From the NCBI RefSeq assembly GCF_009914755.1, contig NC_060927.1: a stretch of 64,000 bases of DNA; one strand, 5' to 3'. The position numbers were made by a program, and so were the translations under genes. This document shows, in pieces, positions 27,879-43,009 of the stretch. Position 1 is the first letter of the stretch. Every line of letters starts with the position of its first letter. The notes under the pieces were generated by a model. The model saw only the letters and a program-made list of their open reading frames with translations, made no database searches and was not told the DNA's origin. This stretch comes from the human T2T-CHM13v2.0 reference genome, Homo sapiens.

Positions 27879-28581
27879 AACCTCTATATTTCTATGTAAA
27901 TCTCTTGCTGTAGTGAGAGGGTTACAGAGATGATACAGCCTCATCTTACCTGTGGTGAGGTTCACAAACTTAAAGAAAAGGGCCACATGAAGAGAAAGCA
28001 CTACCTAACTTCATGTTTCTGTGCAACGGATATTTATTGTGTGCCTGCTGTTTTATGAAAGTTTATGGAAGAAGCATGTTTTCTCATGAGTCTTTGGGGA
28101 TCGTTATTAGAAACCTATGGTAGGGGATCTCCTCAGGGGATTTCATTCTCCTAAAAAAATAAAGAGAACTGTCTGAAATACTAAAGGCATTAATATATTT
28201 TTCCCAGGTACCTATCACCTTTAGGAATGTGATGATTATTTCCAGTTTTTATGGACACATACCTGAGGAGGCTAATTAAAGACCATTTAAGAACTTCATA
28301 CATGACTTAGATGGAGGCCTAAATCACAAATTCAATTCCTGTTTGGAATCAATAGTCTCTTCTTGCTTACAGTCGCTTTTTGTCTCAGCTCATGTCCATT
28401 ACTGAGTCATCAGTATTGGGATGAAAAGCCAAAATATAGATTTCTCCAAGGAAAAGTATATTTTATTTCTCTTTGCTCATAATGTTTCAATGCAGGCTGA
28501 AAAATGCTTTTTTATAATGCATCTTATTCTAATTATTCACAGAACACATTTTAATTTAGACTTCTCAAATGTTGTACATTA

Positions 28582-28582
<1 letters not shown>

Positions 28583-28615
<33 letters not shown>
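28583..28615 (+). repeat. (TG)n microsatellite
   Basis: About 16 perfect TG units. Confidence 0.95.
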
Positions 28616-28618
<3 letters not shown>

Positions 28619-29269
28619 CTATGTATATACTCCTAACCAGAGCTCCTATGAGTTAACTCAAGTCATTCTGGCTCAATAATTTTTAAATGATAGAGAGAAA
28701 ATAAGACGATTTCCCTGTGTTTTTGAAAACCCTGGCAGAACTCATTATTCTGTGTCACTGGATCTTTCACATATGCAAGTTTATTTTTGGTGTTCCAAGA
28801 AATCTGAAGTTCACTAACAAGGTTTTTGAAGAACACTCTTGAACTGAATGTACAGGCTGTAGTTGAATAAGAACAGAGTGTGTTTGGAGTGCAAATGAAC
28901 CAGCTGGGATACTAAATTCTCATCATGTCCCTAATTCAATAACATGAGTTTTTCTAATTCTTTTAAAATTATGTAGTGTTCATGGCTGAATATAAAAATA
29001 CTAGTATATAAATGTACATAATTTACTATTTTGTTCAACATCATACCTTTGTCATCTAGATCTATCAAAACGTAGCATACACTGCCATTTATATCAATTG
29101 ACAATGAATTCAAAGAGGGGTGTCCATCCCTTCCAAAGTTTAAGTGTGGTTCTTACTTAAAGTATCTGTAATTTTGCAGGCATCCTGGAATGAGTTCTGT
29201 AATTTTGCTGGGAGGAGGGAAGATTAATTGCAGGATGTTTATAACTATATTGAGGTATTTTGCATTCAT

Positions 29270-29480
29270 TAATAATGCCAACTAATGTTTATAGAACACT
29301 CAATATACTCTCAAAACAAAGCACTCTGCTAGGCCCTTTGTTGTATTGTTCTTTTACGTTCACAGCTATCTCATGAGGTGGGTACTCTTTTTAACTCCAT
29401 TTTACCAAGAAACAAATGGAGGTCTGAATCTGGGATTCAAACCTCATTCTGTCTAACTCAAGAGTCAAATTTTCATGATA
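29270..29480 (-). mobile_element. MIR
   Basis: actaatgtttatagaacact...catgaggtgggtact...ccattttacc...ctgggattcaaacctc. Confidence 0.7.
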
Positions 29481-30111
29481 CTCTTCTCTGTCTAGGTCTC
29501 TGATATGACTGTTCTTTATATATTTTTTTTAATTCTGAGGCTTTCTATGTAATTTAACTTTCCTAATGATTTTGAGTATTTCCCATTCCAGCATATGGCC
29601 AGCATTTCATGTTCCCATTGGCAATGACACCAACACTAGGAGAAGTGACCCCTGCAATGTACAAATTTCAAAATGTTTATAAACACACTTGACCAGAAGA
29701 ATGTTTTATCTTCTGTGTAATGCCAGTTATCAAAAATTAAATAATCACATGTGTTCTAGAGGAAGTGAAGATTGAAAAAGAATCGCAAATGAAGACAATA
29801 GAATGAAAAGATTATATGGATCTAGATGTAAATGTGCAACTTAAGCAATCCACATGACAGGAACACTTAATCCTGTATCAGGAGAGAAAATGAGTTAAAT
29901 ATGAATTTAGGACCATACCCTAATGAAATTCAATGTCAAGATAAACCTAATAGTCTGTCATTGGCATACTTTACATTTGTTTTGTAAAAGGCAAAGCCTG
30001 AAAAAAAGCAAGTTGCTTATAATCCCATAAATAGAACTTGAAATAAATAAGAAATTTATTTTTATATGAAGATTTCAGTTGCTTTTACCATAACTTGCTT
30101 CATGTCATTTC

Positions 30112-30260
30112 TGTATATGTGTGTATATATATATGTGTGTGTGTGTATGTGTGTGTGTATGTGTGTATTATACACTAGATTTTTACATTTTCATATGTGC
30201 ATCTGTATTTTACATCTATATATATTAAATATGTATATGTTTTACACACACACATACACC
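30112..30260 (+). repeat. Mixed (TG)/(TA)/(CA) low-complexity tract
   Basis: tgtatatgtgtgtatatatatatgtgtgtg...tacacacacacatacac. Confidence 0.85.
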
Positions 30261-31879
30261 AAATTTTCATGACTCATTAGGGAGAGGTGGCTAACCTACT
30301 AGAAAGAGCAGTAAAGAAAAAAAAAACCCTTTTTTTTCCAAAAATCTGTCTGTAGATTTCTTCCTTCCTCCCTTCCTCCCTTCCTTCTTTTCCTCCCTAC
30401 CCCAGACATTTCTTGCACAAATGTTTCCTCTGGCCTTAGGAAAATGTATGATTTCTCTCTTGATGACACTCCATCAAGCTCCTTCTTAGGTTTGCATCCT
30501 TAGATGCTAAGATGCATTGTGAGTGCAGAAGAGTGGAGGAAAGTAGAGGCACTCACCAGGGAGAAGGGGCGACAGGAGCACAGAGACTGGGCTGTTGCCT
30601 TCGGAATAGCATCTAAGGGCTTGGCAAAGGGTCCACTTGGTTTACATATTTCTCAAAGTACCTGGGGAGGAGGGATGTTGTCCAATAAAAACACACGGAT
30701 GAAGGACACTGAAGAGGAACATGGAGAGAATGGAAAACAGTCATTTCCTCTTGCGCAACTTTGCCCCAATGTAGAGGAGTCCTGCCTGAGATAACATAGA
30801 ACTTTCCCTACTATATTGCCCAAGGAGACATAGTGGGTTGACATGTTTGCAGTGATCTCCAGTCTGGTAAGACTTTTTCACTTTTCTGAAAAGAGATGGT
30901 CTGCCCTTGATAGTTTTCATTAAATGGTTGAATCTATTTCATTCAGCATGATTTCATCTCTTCCCAGTTAACACAGTGGCTTGGTCTAAAGTTGCCTTTA
31001 GTAACCAACTGGTTTAACATTGTGTCCATGGGAAGTATTTCTAAATCCACGTGATTGTTCACCTGAAATTTGGTTTCAGATTGAATAATAAACTGGTTAT
31101 TTGTCCCACTGCAATAAGCCACTTTTGCTTTCTGTAACCAGATGCTCTAGGAGGATATCTACCCTGAGTTTATACTCTGACAAAGAACAACACTTTTTTT
31201 TCCAAAAAAAAAAAAAAAAAAAAGCTTTCTTTTGATTCACTAGAAACTTTAGCTATCACTGTCCTTCAGTAATCTTGGGTTTTTAAAAAAGCTTCCTCAG
31301 GTCAGACCATTGGACTATGTTAGGTGTGAGGGTCTGGAGTCCTTTTAATGTTGAAATTTTTGAAGCGTTTGCTGATTTGATTATCTGTGTTAGCCTTCAT
31401 GTATAGAGAGTTTGAGGGTTTCTTTTTTTTATTTGAAGTAAGTTAATGTTGCCTTCAGCTTAATTAATGAAAGTTTTAAATGTGCTGGCTGTAAGCCTTG
31501 TCACTCGATGGTAACAGGGATTTTATAATTATTGGGGGATAAAACATGACAGAAGCTTCTTCTATTTTCTTTCTGTCTGGTCTCACTGTTCTTAGCAGTT
31601 GATGCAGCTTTTTGTCACTCTGTACTTTCTGAGAAAACTTCCTGGCTAATATGGGAGTTATCAGATAACTTTACGTGGTCTGCCTAGAGATGTCTGTATG
31701 TGGCCCATAAGGATGCTCAGTGGGTTATAATGTCTCTGAGACTGTATATAAAATTGTGTGATATGTGCATTTGTGAGGGAAGCCTACTCATAGCATTTTG
31801 TTCATTCTCAAATGGAATCATGAACATCTAAGTTAATAGTTTGGGCTCTTCCCATGCAAGTGTATGGTAGTGGGGAGAA

Positions 31880-32080
31880 ATAATGATAATAGCCAGTGCT
31901 CTACTATGTTATTTCCACAGTGTCTTAAACACTGTACTATGGAATTTACAAATATTATCTAATTAATTAGTCACTCTTTAGTGCCCATGTTGCAGAGAAG
32001 GAAAACAGTGCCTGGAGAATTTATGTGAGTCAGGATTTGAACCAAGTCAGTCTAGGTCCAGAGCCTGTGCTCCTAGCCCC
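31880..32080 (-). mobile_element. MIR
   Basis: cccatgttgcagagaaggaaaacag...caggatttgaaccaagtcagtctaggtccagagcctgtgctc. Confidence 0.75.
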
Positions 32081-32404
32081 TTGAGTGAACAGAGGTTCTG
32101 AAATCTGCTCATTCACTACCCACCTGTGACATGTCACTGTCCAAAAGGCAGAACTTCTGCTGTCTTAGAGCTTCTGTAAGTATGGGTAAGAGGGTAAAAA
32201 TAAGGGGAGGCAGGTTAGAGTTGGGGTTTCCTTGGATAAGCTCTGCATTTTCTTTCACTTTTGGAATAGAAGCAAACAAAATCGTCATCCACTTGGCGTT
32301 GACTGAGACTCTTGTAATACCTGAATGTGCTCGAAATAGACATGAAAAGGATGCATATACTTGGAAGGTGGAAGAAATGCTCAGGTTTTCCTTTAGGCCT
32401 AGAG

Positions 32405-32690
32405 AAGTAGAAGGTAGTGAGCACACAATCTGGATTCTGAGTTCATAGGTTTGAATCTTTATCCTGCATCCCACTGTCTGTTTCACCCTGGGTGAATTTC
32501 AGCACAGCACTTCTCTGTGCCTTAGTTGCCTTGTCTGTAAAGTTGGACTGATAATAATGGTACTTACGTTACTGAATTATTGTGAGGATGAAAAGGGCTG
32601 ATATTCATAAAGCACTTAGAAGAGAGCCTGGTATGTAGCAAGAGCTACCTGTGCTGCTATTGTGAATTTTGCTATTGTTATTATTACAAG
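32405..32690 (+). mobile_element. MIR, near full length
   Basis: ggtttgaatc...ctctgtgccttagttgccttgtctgtaaagttgg...ttgtgaggatgaaa...aaagcacttagaagagagcctggtatgtag. Confidence 0.82.
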
Positions 32691-32972
32691 TGCTACTGCT
32701 GCTCGTTGTTTTGAAAACTAACATTTAAAACTCTTCAAAAAGCGAAAGTGAATCTCACCACCAAATCTGTTTATTTGGTTTGTGGCTATGAGCTAAATGA
32801 TGTTCTAAATACACTGGAGAGAGACACAGCCCCTGCCTGGGGCCATTGTAATATCTGAGATGTGGAAGCCCTTTGTCTTATTAAGCTCACGTATGAAATC
32901 CTAGCATGGGGCCAGTCACTGAAAGCCCTGGAAGCAGGCTTAAATTCTTGTTAAAAGAATTTAACAAGACAC

Positions 32973-33447
32973 TGTCTCTGGTGTCCCACATCACATCCCC
33001 TCAGCTCACCCCTCATTTTAGCCACTGCTGTGGTGGGCAGTGCTGTGGCAGCTCAGACTCACCTTATACATATAGTGCCTGCCTCGGGGTTACTTCAATT
33101 ATCTTTCTGCTTCAAGGCCTTTTTCAACACTGACTGAGTGTGCTTAGCCTGTGTGTAAGGGCAGCCCCAATGCAACCTTCACCAATGGAGATAAAGACTG
33201 GTAGGTAAATTATGCAGCCCCTCATCCTCCAGGTAGGTGATTCTAGAAAGTGTTCCACATGCTTCTCAGTGGCTCTGTGGATTCTCAGGAACCCCTGACG
33301 CCTGCAACAGAGGCCTTCAAAACACATCCATTAATTGATTTTGAACCTTAATTGTATCACTCTCTCTGCTCCTTCGCTCCTGTCTCCTAGAATCACCTTT
33401 CAGGTCCTTGTCTCAGGCTCTGATTTCTGGGGACCCAAAGTAAGACA
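32973..33447 (+). mobile_element. LTR16-family ERVL solo LTR
   Basis: TG...CA ends; 3' terminus ccttgtctcaggctctgatttctggggacccaaagtaagaca is characteristic of LTR16. Confidence 0.75.
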
Positions 33448-33494
33448 TAAACTGCTCCAAAACCCTACTGATCAAACCGATGTCTTTGTGCAAA

Positions 33495-33610
33495 TCTACT
33501 GTAAACTCCATTTGTCCTGTTCCATGCTGCCTCCCCAGTGCCTACCACAGCATCTGGCCACCCGTAAGCATTGGCAAATGCTAGCTGAATGATGGAGTCC
33601 ATGAGTGAAT
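33495..33610 (+). mobile_element. L2 3' end fragment
   Basis: actgtaaactcca...ccccagtgcctaccacagcatctggca...aaatgctagctgaatga. Confidence 0.7.
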
Positions 33611-34854
33611 TAATAAACATGCTTCCTGGAACTTGATAATGAGAAGATCAGTAGGGTACTGCTCAATTGTACTTACTAAATGTGGCACCAGCAATGTGGT
33701 AAAGGATGTCAAAATCTTCCTTGGAGGGCTCTTATATCTTGCCAGATTACATCTATCTTTGGTCCTGGCAAGTATTCAATTTTCCCCCAAAATCTTGAAG
33801 AGAAAAAGTTGGCAAATTTGTTGATTCTCTATCTTTTCAAAAATGCATATATTCCAAACATATAAATGTTTTATAAGTCAGCTACAATCATTGATCCTGT
33901 TATGGGCCCACCCCAGGTTTGGACAATAGATGAGGGTGAACTATTTGGTACACACCTTTCAAGAGGGAGCTTATGGAAAGATGCACAGTTAACATTACAT
34001 CATGGGGCAATATTTGGGCACAATAAGGGAAGCTGGTATCAGAGGCACATCATGTTATGTGGACATTCAATTGGCCACACATTTTACTTGCAAACGTAAC
34101 AACACAACAGGCCTCCTAGGCTGACTTGAGAATGTGGGATGCTCTTTCAATGTGTGGACACATACCCGCTTTCAATACACAAAGGTGATCTGCACGACCT
34201 CTTCAAGGCAATGGGTTCGTAATTTCATCTTTTCTAGAGGAAAAGACTTAAGGTTTAGAGCATTTAATCTGCAGAATCTGATGAACTCAAGGTTTCCAGA
34301 TACTGATTGAGAAGAATTGATGTTACTATGTAGCCTGAAAAGATAAAATGCATACACTAGAGCTTCACTGCCAGAACAATTAGTGGAAACTGTAAACTCA
34401 TGAATAATCTTAGCTGACTTTTGACTCAATCAGAACACAAGCAAAATTCACCAATCCAAATTATGGAGTTCCTGAGCAAGTCTGCCTCCTCTTGGTCACT
34501 GAAAAGGAGGGGGAGGTCTGTATAGATAAACTTTAAAAAGAGAATGAGTCTTGTTTAATGACTAATAATAAAACGTTAAGGTCATTGGCAATGTGTGAGA
34601 GAGAGAAAATGGACAAAGGGCGGAATATTTTAATTAAACTACCTAAAAGAGACTAAAGTGAACAGCACTAATGACTCAACCTTGCTGCCAGTAAAGCTTT
34701 TGTCTAATATCTTGCTAGCTTTCAAGCTGTTTTTGGTTATAATGTTGTAATGTTGTTTGGTTATAATGTTGTATAATACATTGAGTAGGTCTTGAAGATT
34801 TTGGCTAATGGGTTTGGGTGAAACATGGCACGGCTGCTGCTGTTGTGGACAAAG

Positions 34855-35570
34855 GTGACAGTGATCATGATGGTAGTGGTGGTAGTGATGGTAGCAGTGG
34901 ATGATGGTGGAGGTGTTGGTATTGATGGTAGTGGTGGTAGTGATCTTGATGGTGGTTATGACGGTAGTCATGCTGGTGATCTTAGTGGTGGTGGTTATGA
35001 TGGTAGTGGTGTAATGATGGTAGTGGTGGTGGTGATGTTGGTGGTGATGGTAATGATGGTGGTGATGATGGTAGTGCTGGTGATGATAGTGGTGGTGGTG
35101 ATGATGGTAGTGATGTGGTAATGGTAGTGGTGGTGATGATGGTAGTGGTGGTGATGCTGATGATAGTGGTGGTGGTGGTGTGATGATGGTCGTGGTGGTG
35201 ATGCTGATGACAGTGGTGGTGGTGGTGTGATGATGGTGGTGGTGGTGGTGTGATGATGGTGGTGGTGGTGATGCTGATGGCAGTGGTGGTGGTGGCGGTG
35301 GTGATGATGGTAGCGGTGGTGATGCTGATGGCAGTGGTGATGGTGGTGGTGGTGATGCTGATGGCAGTGGTGGTGGTGGTGGTGATGGTGGTGGTGATGC
35401 TGATAGCAGTGGTGGTGGTGGTTGTGGTGATGATTATGGTGGTGGTGATGCTGATGGCAGTGGTGGTGGTGGTTGTGGTGATGCTTATGGCACTGGTAGT
35501 GGTGGTGATGATGCTAATGGAAGTGGTGATGGTGGTGGTGATGATGATGGTATTGGTAATAATAATGATA
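34855..35570 (+). repeat. ~700-bp imperfect (GGT/GAT)n repeat with higher-order unit
   Basis: Continuous GGT/GAT/AGT triplets; spacer motif ATGCTGATGGCAGT and variants recurs nine times at 35154-35525. Confidence 0.95.
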
Positions 35571-35780
35571 ACTAGTGTTTATTATGGTTCGGAAGCTCTA
35601 CCTCTCCCTGAGTCCTCATAAAGAGTCACTGATGTAGGGTAGGTATCATTATTATCATAATTGCTATTCAGGTTTTAAAACTGAAAGAACAAGCTTATAG
35701 GGGTCACACCATTAATGATCAGTGGAGCCAAGACTCAGACTCAGGCAGGCTTTCTCCAGAGGCTACACACTTAACTCCAT
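35565..35780 (-). mobile_element. MIR (degenerate) abutting the repeat
   Basis: gtaggtatcattattatc...aaaactgaaa...ggtcacac...gtggagccaagactcagactcaggcagg...ctccagaggctacacacttaac. Confidence 0.65.
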
Positions 35781-36579
35781 GTAGTCTTTATACTAATCTA
35801 ACATCTTGCATCCCATTTTAAACTCATCATGATTAGAGGCCATCCAAATTCAGTTCTAAGCAAGACCATACATCCCGCTGCTAAGGGACTTTAGAGTGTG
35901 ATAAATAGGAAATTGTTCACAGATCCTGAGGTTAATGGCTATGAGGCAGGACTCCAACCACAACTTTATTAGCCAGGCAACAATTTCATTAAGTAGACAA
36001 GTAACTCACAAGGGGACTATGAACAAGCTGATGTTGTGTTTTAAAGGTCAAAAACTGATTTCCTGTAGATTTAACTAAGGCAAGAATAAGGTGTGATTTT
36101 AAATCAGAAGCTTTATTTGTAGTTAGAGCAGACTTCCCCACCAAAACATGCAGAACTGTTGCACCTGATTGTCTGCCAAATTCTTATGATTGGTCCTCTC
36201 TGCTCTTCTCCCCACCTGATGCAATGTGGATATGCTCTGTGGAGAGGAAATATTTGGTACTTAAAGCAGGACTCTGGGAATCATTTAGCCATCAGCAACT
36301 AAGTCCTTATGTCTCACTGGGATTCCAATTTTTCTCTTATTACTCAGGCTCAGCGAGTTAACTCCAAACTGAGTGCTTCCAGGAAACAAAGAAGAAAGAG
36401 AGAAAAGGAAGCCTTTACTCAAAACTGATTTCTAGAACAAGGTAGTGCTCCTAGATGAAATGAAAATTTCAGCTTTTATCCTCTGTCATTTAAACTGGAC
36501 TAGACGTAAAATTACCTCAGTAGGTCATTTCTCTAAATAAAAATCCCAACTTCTACAAATGATATTATACAAAGTGACA

Positions 36580-36815
36580 AGCTAGTCTAAACATTTCATA
36601 GGGGCTCCCCATTTGTCAGGAGTTGGGCTAAGTACTTGACTGGTGTTGTCCCATTTAATACTCATGACAAATCTAAGGGCGAGTGGGGCAGGAGGGGGAT
36701 TGTTGTCTTCTGTCTGGTACAGATAAGTTAGCCAGAAATCAGAGAGGTTAAGCAGTTTGCCTAACATCAGACAGCTGGTAAGTGGTAAAGCCAGGATGTA
36801 AACCTTGTGACTGTC
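36580..36815 (-). mobile_element. MIR
   Basis: catttaatactcatgacaa...agagaggttaagcagtttgcctaacatcagacagctggtaagtggtaaagccaggatgtaaacc. Confidence 0.8.
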
Positions 36816-36909
36816 TTTTCTGTTCTCCGCTGCTACTTGTGGTTCGAATTAGAATAGAAGCCACACAAGTTGAAGGAATGCTACACCCAATCCCAGCATT
36901 TAAAAAGAG

Positions 36910-37090
36910 CTGTATTGTATAAAGGTGAGAAGTACACTTTTTGGTTACACATCTGTTGGATGAACTACTGCAAGATACTCAATCTCTTCAAGCTCCAGTT
37001 TTCTCATCTGTTAAATGGGGATCATCATTACTACCTCACAGGTTTCTTGTGTAGGTTAAGGGAGAAAACATTTCCAAGGTGTCTTTCATA
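36910..37090 (+). mobile_element. MIR
   Basis: gcaagatactcaatctcttcaagctccagttttctcatctgttaaatgggg...ctacctcacaggtt. Confidence 0.75.
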
Positions 37091-37939
37091 AGCATCCCTT
37101 TCCATTTTATTCTGAGACCAATGCCTTATGTCTTGGACCTAGGCAAGATGCTGGTTCCATAACATGATAATTGTTCTTCAAAGCATGGATAATTATACGT
37201 TACATATTATAACATATTATGTATATATTTTTTCCTTGATGGAAAATTTTCAATTTTAAAATTCAAAAGACCTTGTGAAAGATCTCCTGGTGTGTCTCAA
37301 TAATAGTCTTTCTCATCTCTGTAATACAGTGTTTGACATACTGGGTTCCATGGGAATCGTAACCACATGGCCTGAAAGAAAAAAGTTCCTTCTTGAAGTA
37401 AGTTTGAGAAATATAGCAGACTTGTTTTCCTTGTTCCTTTCCTTGTTATTTTCTTATTCATTGAAGACTCTCATACATGTTAGCTCATTAAAGGCTCTGA
37501 TAAGTCCTGCAATGTAGAAGCCTATATGTGTCTTTGACTATAAAACACTAATTTTCACACTTCTTTGAGCAAAATTTTATACACAGGTTTCAGTTTGGAA
37601 ACTGGCACAAAGCCTTAAAGGTTTTTATTTTATTTAATATTAATTAATTAACTTCTCATGACAACCCTGCCAGGAAAACCGGGCAGGCATTGCCCTGGAA
37701 TGAAGAGCCCAAAGGGTATCCGTGAAGGTAAAGAATTAGTGGACAGCATTGCAGCCATTCATTTAAGAAGCTAGGGCTGGAAGAAAACTACCTAAAATTA
37801 TTTTTTGAATTACTTTTTAACATAACCCATTAACTTTTTAATTATTTAATTCCAAGAATTTTAGGCACTAGAGCAGTTTGCTGCGGACATTTGGGGCAGT
37901 GGAGCCTTTGGGTAAAAGGCAAATGTGGTTCTTTCTCCA

Positions 37940-38680
37940 AGATACAGCTCTGACCCTTTCATTTATTTCCATTTTTGCTGCTACCACACTCAACCAAACC
38001 TCCCAGGCTTCCACAGCAGTCTCCCAATTAGTTTCCTGTTTCTCATCTAATTCCATTGAATACCATTTCTCCACCCAGTAATCAAATTACTCTCCACAGC
38101 ACAGCACTGTGCTCCCTTTCTTACAACCTTCTAAAAGCTTCTCTTTTCTTAGAATAAAATGCCAAGTTTGTGCCACTGCCTACAAAGCCCTTTCTGTCTG
38201 GTTCTTTTCCACTTCTCCAACTTTTTTCTCATCTTACGTTCCCCTCCTGCTACATTCCAGTTACATTTCCCTTCCTCGAGAACATCAGACTATTTTCTGC
38301 CTCAGGACCTTTGCACCTCTGGATCCATCTGCCTGAAAGCCTCCCTTCTCACCAGCAGTTTGTAGGAATGGCTCCTTCCCATCCTGGACACCTTTGCTCA
38401 AATATTACCTTTCCGTTAGCTACCTCCCTGTCCTCCCTGGCTAGAGTCTTCTTATCCTTTTCTAGCTCATTGCACTGTCTCTTTCCTTGTTATTTTCTTG
38501 TTCATTCATTGGTGGGTGTGTCTGTGGTCTGCCTCCCCAGTGTCAAAGACAAGCTCCACGAAAACAGGGAGCTTTTTCGACTTCACCATTTCATCCTTAG
38601 TAACTGGATAATGCATGGCATATAGTGGGCTCTTATTAAATATTTTAGGAAATAAGCACATAAGGAATGAGTGAATTGGT
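37940..38680 (+). mobile_element. L2 3' region
   Basis: cttagaataaaatgccaag...gcctacaaagccct..., ctgcctcaggacctttgcacct..., aagctccacgaaaacaggga..., ggcatatagtgggctcttattaaatatttt. Confidence 0.85.
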
Positions 38681-38867
38681 GAGTTATGTTGTCCCAGAGA
38701 GATTGCCTGCACCATATATAACTAGTCATGCATGTGACCTTTGAAACCATAGCTAGTAATGGCTATTTTTTGCACTTATCAGTGACTCTATTATAATTCC
38801 TCTCAGATCCCATATTTTCCCATGATCTGGGTAATGTGTAATACCCTCTTGCCATAATCATCTCTGA

Positions 38868-38904
38868 ACACACAGACACACGCACACGCACGCACACACA
38901 CACA
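38868..38904 (+). repeat. (CA/CG)n alternating purine-pyrimidine tract
   Basis: acacacagacacacgcacacgcacgcacacacacaca. Confidence 0.85.
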
Positions 38905-39294
38905 TAAGAGGAGAGCTGGTCTCTAAGGTGCTGTCAGAGCTGTTTAGGCTGGCCAATTAGTTGGCTTTTGTTCTCCCCAGAGGGAAGAAGAGCACCGTTT
39001 AATTACCTTCAAGTATTACCCTTCCTGCATCCTTATTTTTATTTTTAGACTCCCCACTGCCATGCTTCATCTCTTCTTCAAACTGCTACTGTCCTTATTA
39101 GTGCTGCTCCCAAGTAGATTAAGCAAACTTTTTAGCTGTTGCTGTGAGCTCTTACATCCACAAAGAATAAGCCCAGACCTTAGCTACTGAGCAGGCAGAG
39201 GCAGATGCTCTGTGAGCCCTGCTGCAGAGGGGCTGGGCTGCATACAGCCATCAGCGTTCAAGGCTCATGCCTTACAATCACTGTAGTATCCTGG

Positions 39295-39437
39295 CTGGAG
39301 TTCAGCTTTTAGAGCCCAAGAGCCTCGCTGGGAATCCTGGCTCTGCCATTTAGCAGACGTAGAATGGGGTATATTGCTTAGTTTCTGTGTCTCAGCTTTT
39401 TTACCTGTGAAATAGGAATGATCATAGAAACTCCCTA
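39295..39437 (+). mobile_element. MIR 5' part, truncated by L1PA7
   Basis: gaatcctggctctgccattta...tctgtgtctcagcttttttacctgtgaaataggaatgat. Confidence 0.75.
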
Positions 39438-41288
<1,851 letters not shown>

Positions 41289-41319
41289 AAACCCCAAAGG
41301 CAAACAACCAAGCTGCCCT

Positions 41320-41870
41320 CACTAACAAAAGCTTACTAGATATTAGGGAGCATGGCAGTCCATGGATGCCAAAGTGGCAGAGGACACAGTCTTTGCCCTC
41401 AAAAACCTTAGAAACTTGCTGAGGGGACATAATATCCATATGAGAAAAGGGTAGTTCTAAATAAAGATACAATTAATTGGACAGAGAGTTAAAGAAAGAG
41501 GGACTCACAAAAGATGAAGATATTTCTGAGGTCATAATGGTCAGGACTGGACCCTTGAAAAGTGTGGGAGTTGGACTGGACCTCAGAGTAGAGATAGGAT
41601 TCAGCTGAAATGACAAGTGTGATGACAACTGGAAAAAAAAAAAAAAAACAATGAGAAAAAAAAAAACAATGATTGATTCATTGGAGTCGTTGGCTAGAGA
41701 GGAAAGCCTTCTAGAATGGCCTGTGCAAAAGGGAAGAGTGAATATGCAAAGTGGGCACAAGAGTGGAAGGGAGATTGGAGATTTGATAGTGAATGGATTC
41801 AATGTTCTGAAGGTGAACAAGGACACAGTGAGTTCTGAAAGGAAAAGAGGTTAAATCAGGAGACCAACGC
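41320..41870 (-). mobile_element. L2 fragment
   Basis: gacacagtctttgccctcaaaaacctta..., gagttggactggacctcaga...ataggatt. Confidence 0.55.
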
Positions 41871-41919
41871 TCAAGTCACATTCAAATTCTTAATAGGATA
41901 AGTTTCTCAAAGTACTGAG

Positions 41920-41968
41920 TGCGTGTGTGTGTGTGTGTATACATATTATATATATACACGTACATATG
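41920..41968 (+). repeat. (TG)n/(TA)n compound microsatellite
   Basis: gcgtgtgtgtgtgtgtgtatacatattatatatatacacg. Confidence 0.85.
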
Positions 41969-42411
41969 GTTGTTTCTTTGCCAACTGTAATTATTTAAAG
42001 ATCCGTATAGCTCCTTTGTTAGCCACTGACATTTAGACAAACAAATTTAATTTTGGGTTCTTGTTTTCTTCAGGTTGAGGAACAGCTGGTTCTTACTGTC
42101 AGTCAGTGTCAGTGGCCTGCTGGAATCTGTCCAGGATACATTTTCTTATAGTTAGAATATTTAAGTTGGGTTTAGCTTTAAAAAAAGCTGACATCCAGAA
42201 AGTTAGACTTTGCTCAGTGCTTCTTCTAAAATGGCCACTGTGTCAAGTAAACAAATACCTATCGACTCCATGCTATTTGTCTGGAAAAATTCTAGATGCT
42301 GGGGAGATATTAAAAGGAAATATAAGAGATAGGGTCTCTAGCCTCCAGGAGGTTACTGTCATTGGGAAGGTAAGGACATGAATCAGTTCCCTTTTCTTTC
42401 TTATTCAAACA

Positions 42412-42870
42412 ATATGTAAGTTTCTGTTGAAACTAGTTTTGGCTTCATTTAAAAGAAACCCCAAATAATAGTGGCTTAAATAAGATAGAAGTTAATTTTT
42501 CTTTTACGTAACATGATGCTTGAACTTCAAGCACTGTCTTTAGGCATGCAAAATTTCTTAGTATGTGATTTCTATCTTCTGGCTTGCTTTGTGATTATGA
42601 CTTATTGCTCATTTTTCAGCCATTAGTGGCTAGGGAGGTGGTGTTCCAGATTGGAAGAACAAGGCAGGGGGAGAAGCAAAAAGGTCTCATTTCAGCCAAG
42701 TAAGACTCTTTTAAAAAGCTTTGCTGAATTACTTACATTCCACTGGCCACACATATCTGTCAGAGAGCCTGGAAAATGCAGTTTTTTAACTGGGCACATT
42801 GCCACCTGTTAGTAAAGAGGAAGGGAAAATCGATTTCAGGTAGTCATCAAACAACATCTACTGTAATACA
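42412..42870 (-). mobile_element. Old MLT1 (J/K-like) LTR
   Basis: aaataatagtggcttaaataagatagaagttaatttttct..., ctggaaaatgcagttttttaactgggcacattgccacc..., aaagaggaagggaaaat. Confidence 0.7.
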
Positions 42871-43009
42871 TCTCCAGGTAGCTAGCTCTGGCCAAACAAA
42901 GCCTATAATTTCTTCTTTGACATTGTCCCAGGACTCAGTGGTAGGGCAGGCACATGCTTTGCATATCTGAGATCCTGCATGTGAATTTGGGAATTTCCTG
43001 ATTTCCAGG

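Noticed and set aside
31194-31223. T8-CC-A20 potential hairpin or retro-tail
   Set aside because: No upstream retroposed body or TSD; simple homopolymers.
32109-32486. Overlapping 125-aa and 105-aa ORFs on opposite strands
   Set aside because: No recognisable homology, partly overlapping a MIR, and within chance expectation for 64 kb.
34639-35621. Val/Met-rich and Thr/His-rich ORFs resembling membrane or mucin-like proteins
   Set aside because: Direct translation of the GGT/GAT repeat, which lacks stops in some frames.
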